From an uncultured Thermoplasmata archaeon (GTDB lineage Archaea; Thermoplasmatota; Thermoplasmata; UBA10834): DNA of 64,000 bases. Below the pieces are notes generated by a model. That model was not told the origin of the DNA and did no database searches. It saw only the letters and a program-made list of their open reading frames with translations. Numbering within the stretch: position 1 is the first letter of the stretch; the number at the start of each line of letters is the position of its first letter. This document shows positions 48,324-57,007 of this stretch, piece by piece. The stretch is taken from positions 320,001 to 384,000 of the forward strand of contig CAVRDX010000004.1 in NCBI GenBank assembly GCA_963719945.1, given 5' to 3'. Both the position numbers and the translations under genes were made by a program.

Positions 48324-50504
48324 ATGAGGATGACCATTTCGATATGCGTGTTGTTGGTTCTGGCGATAATGCTCGTCGGGCCTTCGCAACCAGTCCAATC
48401 TGGGTCACACATGCAATCTGTCTCCTCAACTGCATCCATATCCGTACTCCCCGGGTCGACGGACCTCATAGTCGAGGTTATCGGGTCGGATGTGTTCGAC
48501 GAAGTCTCAGCCATCGTGACCGGCACGGGGTCTATCATCACATTCTCGAGCAGGGATACTGGGATATTGTCGTTCACAGCTGCCGAGGACGCTGAATCGG
48601 TCGCCGAGACCCTCTCGCTCATTCCAGGAGTAGTGAGTGTATCTTCTGAGATGAGGGCGAGCACATCGTTCGTACCTAACGATTCTGGATTGGAATACCA
48701 ATGGGGCCTTGACACGATTGATGCATACGAGGCCTGGGACATCACTCTGGGCACTGAGGATACGATCATCGCAGTCCTGGACACCGGCATAGACTGGAAC
48801 CATCCGGACCTGACTGCGAATATCTGGACCAATGCTCAGGGCTATCATGGTTACAATTTCATCGACGACAACTGGTTCCCGATGGATGACAACATAAACG
48901 GCTATGATGAAAATGGGGACTATTTATCGAACATCTACACATATCACGGCACGCACGTGGCAGGCATCATGGGTGCCACCATCGACAACGCGCTCGGCAT
49001 CGCAGGCATCGCTCAGGTCAAACTGATGGCCGTCAAGGTCATGAACGATTCCGGCGAAGGCACCGATTCGACCGTCTCGAGCGGAGTGAGGTGGGCGGTA
49101 GACAACGGCGCTCATGTGATCGTGATGAGTCTGGGGTTGGATGGGCTGTCCACGCCGCTGCAGAACGCGGTCAACTACGCTACCAGCCGAGGCGTGGTCC
49201 TTGTGGCGTCCGCAGGCAACAGCGGCACTAGCGTGCTGAGTTATCCCGCGGCTTTCCCCAACGTCATCGCGGTGGGGGCTTCGGACAACCTCGATAGACG
49301 AGCGTCTTTCAGCAATTTCGGTCTGAACCTGGACATCATGGCACCAGGTGTGGGCATATACTCCACGCAAGGTGGAGGCAGCTACCAGTCGCTTTCAGGG
49401 ACGTCCGCTGCCGCTCCTCATGTGGCTGCTGTCGCAGCCTTGATGCTCACATTGAATCCCGCGCTCACCACGACCGAGGTCGGCGACATCATCAACTCGA
49501 CTGCCACGGACATTTCGAGGGTCGGGTATGACACATCGACCGGCTGGGGCATAGTCAACGCGTTCCGCGCCGTCGAATCCGTCGCGGATCCAACGGTCAC
49601 TATAACCGAGTTTCCTGAGCAGGTGGACCTGAACGCGACAATATCCGTCTCATGGATGGTCAGCGGCGGAGACCCAGGTGACATTGAATCGACATATCTC
49701 ACATGGGGCTATTCTGAGACCGAACTCGTCTATCAATCCGACATATTCTCTGGCACGACGTGGGCTGAATTCTCGGTGACTAACATACCATCTCTACCGA
49801 CAAATGGCACGGTCTATCTGAAGGCCTACGCGGTCGTCGACGGGTTAGAATGCGAATCCGATATCGAGATGGTTTCTGTGACGGAATCCATAGCAGACAA
49901 CCTCTTCATGCAGTTCTTCAAGGACATCCAGAACTTCATATTCAACGACCTTGGCCTCATCAACTTCCTTCTCCTGATGTGCGTGCTCATAGCGATTCCA
50001 GTCATCGTGGTCGCGGCAAGACCGAAGAAGCGCAAGGTACAGGCCCAGACCATTGCGACGGCTCCAGCGCCCGGCAAGCTGGACCATTACCAGCCCGTGA
50101 CTGGTGTGCATCACTTGCCGCCCCCACCACCGCCACCGCCTCGTTTCGAGGCATATGTGGACATCGTGGGCAACAACATCGTGCCCGAAGTGGTCAAGGT
50201 GGTCGAGGGGACGAAGGTCATATGGGTGAACCGTACATGGGCAGCTCCTCCAGGAGTGGGCATCAGATCCGGCGGATTCGATTCCTCTGGCGAGCATCCG
50301 GACGGACTGTTCCAGAGCGGTCTGCTCATCGCGCCGGGGGATTACTGGAGCTGCACGTTCCACAGGTCCGGGGTGTACCAGTATTACCTGACCGCTGTTT
50401 GGGGCAAGGCGAAGATAGTCGTCGAACCGTACAAGAGCAGCAACAGTCAATCATCGAAGAGCGGGGAGCCAGCGACACATACGAAATCTCCTGTGAGCCG
50501 ATGA
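48324..50504 (+). CDS. Membrane-anchored subtilisin (S8) protease with C-terminal cupredoxin-like domain
   Basis: Catalytic triad LDTG / HGTHVAG / GTSAAAPH. TM followed by ARPKKRK, poly-Pro and a cupredoxin-like tail. Confidence 0.9.
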   Translation: MRMTISICVLLVLAIMLVGPSQPVQSGSHMQSVSSTASISVLPGSTDLIVEVIGSDVFDEVSAIVTGTGSIITFSSRDTGILSFTAAEDAESVAETLSLIPGVVSVSSEMRASTSFVPNDSGLEYQWGLDTIDAYEAWDITLGTEDTIIAVLDTGIDWNHPDLTANIWTNAQGYHGYNFIDDNWFPMDDNINGYDENGDYLSNIYTYHGTHVAGIMGATIDNALGIAGIAQVKLMAVKVMNDSGEGTDSTVSSGVRWAVDNGAHVIVMSLGLDGLSTPLQNAVNYATSRGVVLVASAGNSGTSVLSYPAAFPNVIAVGASDNLDRRASFSNFGLNLDIMAPGVGIYSTQGGGSYQSLSGTSAAAPHVAAVAALMLTLNPALTTTEVGDIINSTATDISRVGYDTSTGWGIVNAFRAVESVADPTVTITEFPEQVDLNATISVSWMVSGGDPGDIESTYLTWGYSETELVYQSDIFSGTTWAEFSVTNIPSLPTNGTVYLKAYAVVDGLECESDIEMVSVTESIADNLFMQFFKDIQNFIFNDLGLINFLLLMCVLIAIPVIVVAARPKKRKVQAQTIATAPAPGKLDHYQPVTGVHHLPPPPPPPPRFEAYVDIVGNNIVPEVVKVVEGTKVIWVNRTWAAPPGVGIRSGGFDSSGEHPDGLFQSGLLIAPGDYWSCTFHRSGVYQYYLTAVWGKAKIVVEPYKSSNSQSSKSGEPATHTKSPVSR

Positions 50505-50728
50505 GTCCGCCCGTGATTTATCGAGTTCAGAATTCAGAAGTGTTTTGTTTTCGGGTTTTGGGGGAGTTTGGGGAAGCGAGTCCGGCCAGACAGAGGAACG
50601 AGGGTTCCTGACACGCGTTCGGACCACCACGAGGGCGTTCACACCCTTCGCCAGCGCGTCTCGCTGCGGTCACTCCAGCGCGTCGATCTTCCTCTTCTTT
50701 GTTTGGTTGCGGACCCGACTTCATTTGC

Positions 50729-51571
50729 TTAATTATCGGATTGACCCTTTCCCTTGGGTTCGTCTGCGGGATCATCGTCCGAGCTGCTGTCATCTTCCTG
50801 AGGGTCGGCGTTTTCATTGCCCTGTCCCTCATCGTTGTTACAGCCGTTGTCCACCGTCTGTTCGAGCTGTGGTTCTTCTGGCTCGACTGCCTGGTTCATC
50901 TCCTTGTTCATCTCAGGTTCGCTGGCCTCAACCATCTGCTCCTGTGGTTCCTGTGCTGCCTGCTGCTCGTTCTTACATCCCTCGTCTGAACCCTTCTCCT
51001 CGGCCTTGGCGTCTAGAGATTCGACAGAGGATTCGTGGTCCTCAGAGTGTTGATTCTGGTTCTGAGTGCTGTCGCCCTGTTCTCTCTCACGGTGACGGTA
51101 GCAGTTGCCGTTCTGTTCTCCGTTGCCTTCCTGCTCGTCATCGTCCTGGTCGTCATCACCCTCATCCTCGTCATCCTGATCGTCGTCATCATCATCCAGA
51201 TCGTCATCGCCTTGATCATCATCGCCCGAATCGCCATCATTATCGTCGAGGTCGTCATCCGATCCACCCTCGTCATCACCGTCGTTGGTCTGATCATCAT
51301 CATCAGTACCATCATCGGATGAATCGTCGTCAGTAGTATCATCTGATGAATCATCAGATGTGTCATCCTCGCTGTCATCGTTCGATGTATCATCATCGGC
51401 CGGGGTCGTGTCATCCGTTGTATCATCGGGTGATTGTTCATCTTCCGGCGGGATATCGGCCGAGATATCAGGCTTGTCATTGCCTCCTATCAACGCCACT
51501 ATCAGAACTGTAGCGATAATGAGTATCGCTGCCACAGCCACCGAAGTGAGCAATCTCTTGCTAATTCTTAT
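50729..51571 (-). CDS. Membrane-anchored extremely Asp/Glu-rich low-complexity protein (probable ATA start)
   Basis: N-terminal TM, long D-rich tract of DDxx repeats, Q/E-rich C-terminus. GGAGGTGA RBS 5 nt before ATA at 51571. Confidence 0.75.
   Translation of the reverse strand: MRISKRLLTSVAVAAILIIATVLIVALIGGNDKPDISADIPPEDEQSPDDTTDDTTPADDDTSNDDSEDDTSDDSSDDTTDDDSSDDGTDDDDQTNDGDDEGGSDDDLDDNDGDSGDDDQGDDDLDDDDDDQDDEDEGDDDQDDDEQEGNGEQNGNCYRHREREQGDSTQNQNQHSEDHESSVESLDAKAEEKGSDEGCKNEQQAAQEPQEQMVEASEPEMNKEMNQAVEPEEPQLEQTVDNGCNNDEGQGNENADPQEDDSSSDDDPADEPKGKGQSDN
51140..51435. repeat. Low-complexity (TCA/TCG)n-like tract encoding poly-Asp
   Basis: Imperfect tcatca/tcgtca repeats on the + strand, read as GAT/GAC codons on the - strand. 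Confidence 0.85.
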
Positions 51572-51760
51572 CCTTCTCACCTCCCATTGCTCCGCAACCC
51601 TTTTGAGCCTAAGGACGTCATCTGCTAATCTACTATTTAATGCTCTTGCGTCAGACAGCGACTCCTGGCTTAGGACCTCACTGTCAGACGCAGGCTATTC
51701 TAAGCTAGTCGCTCGGCATCCCCCGACTCATCTGATTACATAGTAATCACGGATGATGTC

Positions 51761-53206
51761 TCATGGGATTTCGGGCAGCGGTGTGCCTCCCAGGCACTCG
51801 ACAACGCTCGCATAACCCGTGTATAGAAGAGTGATTCCATCATCGCTCAGGTGCCCGCTCATGAACAGACCGTGCAACTGGTTGTAGAAGTCCTCCATGG
51901 TCTCGAGGCACAGCGCAATGTCCCCTGAGTCCAGGGCATATTGCGCGACGATCAGCTTGGCTATGAGTCCGTTCTCCGAGTGTCCTCTCAGCTCGTCAGC
52001 GACCGAAAGGACGAGCGGCACCAGGTCGATCGGTCGGCATAGCTCGGTCACGGGTGGCTCCACCTGCGTCTCCACCAGGATCTCGACGGACGAGAGCGGA
52101 ACCTCTCCGGACTTGCCACCCATCACGCACACTGAACCATTGGTCATCATGACGGCTCCGTGGGCGCCCCTGTCCCTGGTCATGTCCGCACTCGCGCTCC
52201 ATTCCATCTTCTCCGCGCAGAATATCTCTGTCGACTCGGTGCTCCCGACAGAACTCGATGATCCCGCAGCTATCAGCTTCCCATCGGACAGACATGTGAG
52301 CGAGAACCGCATCCTGGGCATGGTCATGTATCCGGCAGATGTCCAAGAGTTCGAGGTGGGATCATAGATCTCTGCAGATGACAGGACCACGCCATCGTCC
52401 ATGCCTCCCGCCACCATCATCCTTCCATCCTCCAGCTCTGCATCGGCGAACTCGTATCTGCTGCAGCCCATCGAGACCGCATCGCCCCAGACGCCTGTCG
52501 ATGGATCGAATATCTCGCTGGTCCCAGCCGCATCCCCTCCCACTGCCAATACATCGCCGTTCGCGAGCGAATGCATCGTGAAAAGCATCCTGGCATGTTG
52601 CATCGATCCTGCAGGCTCGAACGAATGCGTCGATGGGTTGTACGCCTCGGCCTGGTACCAAGTCCCTGATGTCCAGTCCGTGCCACCGCTGATGAGGACT
52701 CTGCCATCCGGCAGCTGCGAGGCGGCGTGACCCGACCTCGCGAAATACATGGATCCTACTGAAACGGAACTCCCGTGCACGACATCTACTATCTCTGCAG
52801 AGGAGACCGTCCCTTGTCCCGACTCCCCACCTGCTACCAGCACGGTCCCATCGTCCAGCAATGTGGCGGTATGGCCGACACGCGCGGAGTTCATTGTGGG
52901 TCCCGGCTTCCAGACGAGCGCCTCGGAATCGAAGATCTCCGTGGTCGCGGTGGGACCGTTCGTGGATATCCCACCGATGACCAGTATGTCCCCGCTCGTC
53001 AGGACGAGTGCGGCTGGCGAGATTCTAGGGAGTATCATCGAACCTGCACTGGACCATTCATAGACGACGGATGGCTCAGATGCGCCTTGAGTCGCCGATA
53101 GGATCGATATCAATGAGGCGCTGAAGCCCGTTGAGAATACCAATAGGACGACGACTAACGCTGTCCACGAGCCTCTGAGTTCTCCACTCCCAGAGAGTGC
53201 ATCCAC
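51761..53206 (-). CDS. Secreted Kelch-repeat beta-propeller with C-terminal FIMAH-like helical domain
   Basis: About 6 repeats of the type R.GH.A..L.DG.VLV.GG...AEIYDP...W, plus a C-terminal helical bundle (GLIAKL...FYNQL..L). Confidence 0.88.
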   Translation of the reverse strand: MDALSGSGELRGSWTALVVVLLVFSTGFSASLISILSATQGASEPSVVYEWSSAGSMILPRISPAALVLTSGDILVIGGISTNGPTATTEIFDSEALVWKPGPTMNSARVGHTATLLDDGTVLVAGGESGQGTVSSAEIVDVVHGSSVSVGSMYFARSGHAASQLPDGRVLISGGTDWTSGTWYQAEAYNPSTHSFEPAGSMQHARMLFTMHSLANGDVLAVGGDAAGTSEIFDPSTGVWGDAVSMGCSRYEFADAELEDGRMMVAGGMDDGVVLSSAEIYDPTSNSWTSAGYMTMPRMRFSLTCLSDGKLIAAGSSSSVGSTESTEIFCAEKMEWSASADMTRDRGAHGAVMMTNGSVCVMGGKSGEVPLSSVEILVETQVEPPVTELCRPIDLVPLVLSVADELRGHSENGLIAKLIVAQYALDSGDIALCLETMEDFYNQLHGLFMSGHLSDDGITLLYTGYASVVECLGGTPLPEIP

Positions 53207-53330
53207 TAGACTCCCTCCCCCTTTTCTTGACAGGATACTGCGAAAACCACTCCCCCGAGCAGCGCGCGACCCCTGTCTAGTCTCCTTGTCTGAGGGTCCG
53301 AAGGGCGTTCCCGATTAAGGGCTTTTCGGA

Positions 53331-53352
53331 TACTGACTACCTCTAGTCAGTA
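53331..53352. promoter_or_regulatory. Perfect 9-bp inverted repeat (putative operator) abutting the BRE/TATA of the Kelch gene
   Basis: TACTGACTA-CCTC-TAGTCAGTA, directly upstream (minus strand) of CCGAAAAGCCCTTAAT. Confidence 0.55.
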
Positions 53353-53390
53353 CGGATGTATAGATGGGGACGTTGGGTAGTGAAGGACAA

Positions 53391-54611
53391 CTACGCCTGC
53401 GCTTCCGCCTTCTCTTCCTCAACATCGTTATCGAGGGACTCGTACGGTTCGACTACCTTCGCCGACCTTTCCATGAGGGCCAACTCCCTTATGTTCAGGA
53501 CACGTGGGTCTATCACGAGCATGATGGCGCAGTCATAGGCAAGCACGAAATCGTGCAGATGGTTCACGAACCTGAGCACGGTCTCGAAATCGTTCTGCGT
53601 GATCATGTACTCGAGACCTTCGATCATCACCACGGCCTTCTTGTGGGTCTCGACGAATTTTGTTATCAGGAGCGTCACCAGGCTCAGCTCCGTCGGGTCG
53701 ACATAATCCTTGCCTGCCCTGCGCGTGAGCCACAGTATCTTCTCGGCCTGGAACTGGATGACCTGCCTGAGCCTGTCCGGATGCTCCCTGACGACCAGCA
53801 TTCCTTTGGCGCCTTGTTCGACGGCCTCGTTATACATGGTGAACGATATGCAAGGCCTCTTCTCTTTCACGAGGTAGATGAACCCATTCTCGACCGGGAT
53901 GTGTTCTCCGGGGACCGGACGTATCGTCGGGAATGCCTCCTCGGGTGTGATCGTGTTCATGACCGACGCGGTCTTCGCGTCATCGTATTTGCCGCCCCCT
54001 CCGCTCCGTCTGTGATACATGACCGCACCGAGCGCGCCGATCGAAAGGACGACCGCGAAGAACGCGAGATACGGGGTGTAGTCGACTGCGACGGAGGAAT
54101 CCTCTACGGCCAGCTGGGTGGCCACTTCGAAATCACCGTAGGTCGTGCCCACGCCCCAGAAGTATGAGATGTTCCCCCAGGCCGTGTGGACCAGGTATGT
54201 GAGCTTGAAGTAGTAGCTGTAGCTCTGATCCATCGCGTTCTCGGGCACGCAGAAATCCACTGCGTAAGTGCCGATCCCTTCGCCATCAGGAGCGAGCCAT
54301 TCAGATGAATTCGATACATCTGTCCATGCGAACTCGTTAGGTGCCATCCAGGACAAGTGGATCGACACGTTCTGTACCTTGACCATGTACGCGAGGTCAT
54401 CGTAGACATAGTCCCCGGCCGGCATCGCGTTGACGACCATGACCCGGACATCGAGCATATCACCGGGACAGTAATGCGACTTTCCAGGGACGAACTCGAA
54501 GCTCACATCTATCGTATCGGCCGCCATCGCTGCCACTGGTGCACAGCAGAATGCGCTGATAAATAGCGGAATCAAGACGCTCGATAAGACGAGCCTTGAC
54601 TGATAGCCCAT
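53391..54611 (-). CDS. Membrane sensor-like protein: extracellular beta domain, TM and cytoplasmic DUF835
   Basis: GMLVVREHPDRL, ILWLTR, VDPTELS, VVMIEGLEYMITQNDFETVLRFV..LHD. Confidence 0.9.
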   Translation of the reverse strand: MGYQSRLVLSSVLIPLFISAFCCAPVAAMAADTIDVSFEFVPGKSHYCPGDMLDVRVMVVNAMPAGDYVYDDLAYMVKVQNVSIHLSWMAPNEFAWTDVSNSSEWLAPDGEGIGTYAVDFCVPENAMDQSYSYYFKLTYLVHTAWGNISYFWGVGTTYGDFEVATQLAVEDSSVAVDYTPYLAFFAVVLSIGALGAVMYHRRSGGGGKYDDAKTASVMNTITPEEAFPTIRPVPGEHIPVENGFIYLVKEKRPCISFTMYNEAVEQGAKGMLVVREHPDRLRQVIQFQAEKILWLTRRAGKDYVDPTELSLVTLLITKFVETHKKAVVMIEGLEYMITQNDFETVLRFVNHLHDFVLAYDCAIMLVIDPRVLNIRELALMERSAKVVEPYESLDNDVEEEKAEAQA

Positions 54612-54698
54612 CTCCCTTCCCCGAGACCATGCGGCCTCGTTACCTCTATCTCCACAGCTCTACATAACAATTCGCAGTCAGTATGGTGCTAAACGTCG

Positions 54699-55175
54699 CT
54701 ATACGAGCACTCTCTTCTCGTCCTTCGTGATGTTGAGGACGACCTGCGTGTAAGTCCTGTCGACGTTCTCATGGTCCAGGACCTTCTTGACGAAGGAGTT
54801 CAGCTCGGTCCTGCTCTTGAACCGGGCCATGACGATGGCGTCCCATTCTCCGGTGGAATCGAACACTGCGAACACCCCAGGTCCTTTGGCCAGGTCCTTC
54901 TCGGTGTCCACGATCTTGCCATGGATGACCTTGATCCCGATGACGGCCATGATGTCGTACCCGAGCTTGGTCGCGTCTATCATCGGCATGTATCCTTGGA
55001 TGACTCCTGCACGTTCCATCGCCTTCACTCTGTTCGATACGGTCGTGAGCGAAACCTGCAGTTCCTTGGCGATGTCCCTGAAGCTCTTCCTCGCGTTGTC
55101 ATTGAGGCTTCTCATGATGTCAATGTCAAGTTCATCGAGCTCCATCATGCCAGCATCCTTGTTTTCAGGGACCAT
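54699..55175 (-). CDS. Lrp/AsnC family transcriptional regulator
   Basis: LDELDIDIMRSLNDNARKSFRDIAKEL...TV.NRV, TGEWD. TTTATAAAAG about 22 nt upstream suggests a leaderless start. Confidence 0.95.
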   Translation of the reverse strand: MVPENKDAGMMELDELDIDIMRSLNDNARKSFRDIAKELQVSLTTVSNRVKAMERAGVIQGYMPMIDATKLGYDIMAVIGIKVIHGKIVDTEKDLAKGPGVFAVFDSTGEWDAIVMARFKSRTELNSFVKKVLDHENVDRTYTQVVLNITKDEKRVLV

Positions 55176-55341
55176 TGAGTGTGCTCAAGCACTTGCTTTT
55201 ATAAATAACTTGCATACTTGAGTGAACCGAATGGTCAATATGCGCGAAATAACGCCATAATGTGTTCATCTGTCTAGGATTGTCGAAATAACTTTGATAT
55301 ATGGTCACAGACATAAGGTATCTAGCAGGAGGTCGACAACA

Positions 55342-55482
55342 ATGCCAGGAGAATCTATGTGTTATGATGCTCGGATTCGATATTGGGAAGAGGAATGGGT
55401 ATCTCAGCTCCTAGCAGAGGCCTTAAGACTCAAGGGCGAGACCTCCTCTTCCGAAGAGACTCCCGCATCCGATAAATCATGA
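55342..55482 (+). CDS. Small hypothetical protein (about 46 aa)
   Basis: AGGAGGT RBS, then MPGESMCYDARIRYWEEEWVSQLLAEALRLKGE; divergent from the Lrp gene. Confidence 0.5.
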   Translation: MPGESMCYDARIRYWEEEWVSQLLAEALRLKGETSSSEETPASDKS

Positions 55483-55615
55483 TGGACCCCTGAGTGGTCG
55501 GTCCGGTCTCTCTGAACAACCGCAGATCCTTCATCGCGGTTTGAGTTCTTTGCTGTTCCCCTGATCAAGTCTAAACTGCATAAGACCGGCCCCACTCAGT
55601 TACTTTTTCAGGCGA

Positions 55616-56902
55616 TCATACTTTCTTCGCGATCACTTCGGAACCCGTGTCTTTTACATTCCTGAAGCAGAAGTAGAACGCAAGCGTGCCCATCAGGTAG
55701 AATATGGCACAGTACAGGAACGGCTCCGTTCTGGTGTAATCGTTGTCCCATACGTAGCCAGCGACGACTTCTGAGATCAGGAACGCGATAGTCCAGACCA
55801 GGGTGGTTATCGCGTAGAACGATGCGCGTATCCGTTCGGTCACTATGTTCATGAGATATGCGTTCAGCACAGGCATCGGCACGAGCATCAGGAGGGATCT
55901 GACCGCATACAGCACGGCCGCTATGAGCAAGGTCGGGGAGTATGGAATCAGCACGAGGAACCCGATCGATGCGAGCTGTGACACGCTGATGAGCGCGACC
56001 GCCCCTCTCGTCCGTGCGAGCGCCGGGACTATGAAGTATCCTGCGACCAGCATGATGTTCGAGAGCGTCAGCATCAGTGCCAGATCCGTCTCCGTGGCTC
56101 CCATGCCATCGGAGAAGATGATTGCGATCCACGGCATCACGAGCCCCGCCCCGAACCCGATGAGCGCGTTCTGTATGGAGAACATGACGAGCTTCTTCTG
56201 CATGGGTCGGTCGAAGTCCAACAGGAGCTTCTCCGGTTTCGTCTTGACCTCTTTGACTCTGAACGCGTAGAGCACCGGCAGGATCGCCACGAGCGTGGCG
56301 GCGGCGTACACGCACCTGTATCCCGTGATGAGGTCGGAGCCAAGAAGGCTGCTGAGCAGGTCTGGCATCATGAAGCCAACCATCGTCCCGACCGTCAGAC
56401 CTATCGTGTTGGAGACGGACTGCATTCCATAGAGATACTTCAGCTTGGACGGAGTGGCCTTCGTGGACAGCAGCGCGATTATCGAAGGTCCGGTGATGGA
56501 CCCTGCCATGCTCACGATGACGCTGGCTGTGGCGTACAGTGGCAGGTTCTTTTCTGCCAGGAACATCGCGATCCCGACGACGTCCAAGATGAGGCCTATC
56601 ACCAGCAGGTTCTTCCTGCCGAACTTGTCCGCGAGGAACCCGCTGGCGAGAAGCGTCAAGGCGCTCGATGCGGATCCGATCGCGAACATCAGCCCTATTT
56701 CGAGGGATGAGAACCCAAGCTTGTCCCAATATGTCGATAGGATGTACCATAGGACCGAGCTGGTGATGCCCATGAACAGGGCGACCTTGATCAACCTTCG
56801 TTCGTCAGCTCCGCTGTCTGCATAATAGCCGAAGGTTCCTTTCACCCCGTCCTGGCCAGTGCGTGCCAGCCCGCGGATGCCCGTTCCGAGCTTGGAAGTC
56901 AA
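55616..56902 (-). CDS. MFS transporter
   Basis: GFLADKFGRK and about 12 TM segments. TTG start at 56902 likely (the ORF track extends it to 56923). Confidence 0.92.
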   Translation of the reverse strand: MTSKLGTGIRGLARTGQDGVKGTFGYYADSGADERRLIKVALFMGITSSVLWYILSTYWDKLGFSSLEIGLMFAIGSASSALTLLASGFLADKFGRKNLLVIGLILDVVGIAMFLAEKNLPLYATASVIVSMAGSITGPSIIALLSTKATPSKLKYLYGMQSVSNTIGLTVGTMVGFMMPDLLSSLLGSDLITGYRCVYAAATLVAILPVLYAFRVKEVKTKPEKLLLDFDRPMQKKLVMFSIQNALIGFGAGLVMPWIAIIFSDGMGATETDLALMLTLSNIMLVAGYFIVPALARTRGAVALISVSQLASIGFLVLIPYSPTLLIAAVLYAVRSLLMLVPMPVLNAYLMNIVTERIRASFYAITTLVWTIAFLISEVVAGYVWDNDYTRTEPFLYCAIFYLMGTLAFYFCFRNVKDTGSEVIAKKV

Positions 56903-57007
56903 CGATCGCCCTCGTCTAGGCATAAAAATTCATGTGTATTAACTACGTGTTCAAACCAGGTGGCCTCTTAGGTTATCTTTATCCGAACGCAGTCGGTTCC
57001 GATAACG

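Noticed and set aside
51140-51435. Repeat tract as a CRISPR array or satellite
   Set aside because: It is degenerate trinucleotide periodicity explained by Asp codons, with no repeat-spacer structure. The I/V-rich and M/T-rich ORFs in other frames are shadows.
55608-56750. Long alternative-frame and antisense ORFs (for example 55608-56750, 34344-35300, 31431-32210, 53364-54167, 26805-27545)
   Set aside because: They overlap well-supported genes and have R/H/P-rich shadow composition typical of GC3-biased DNA.
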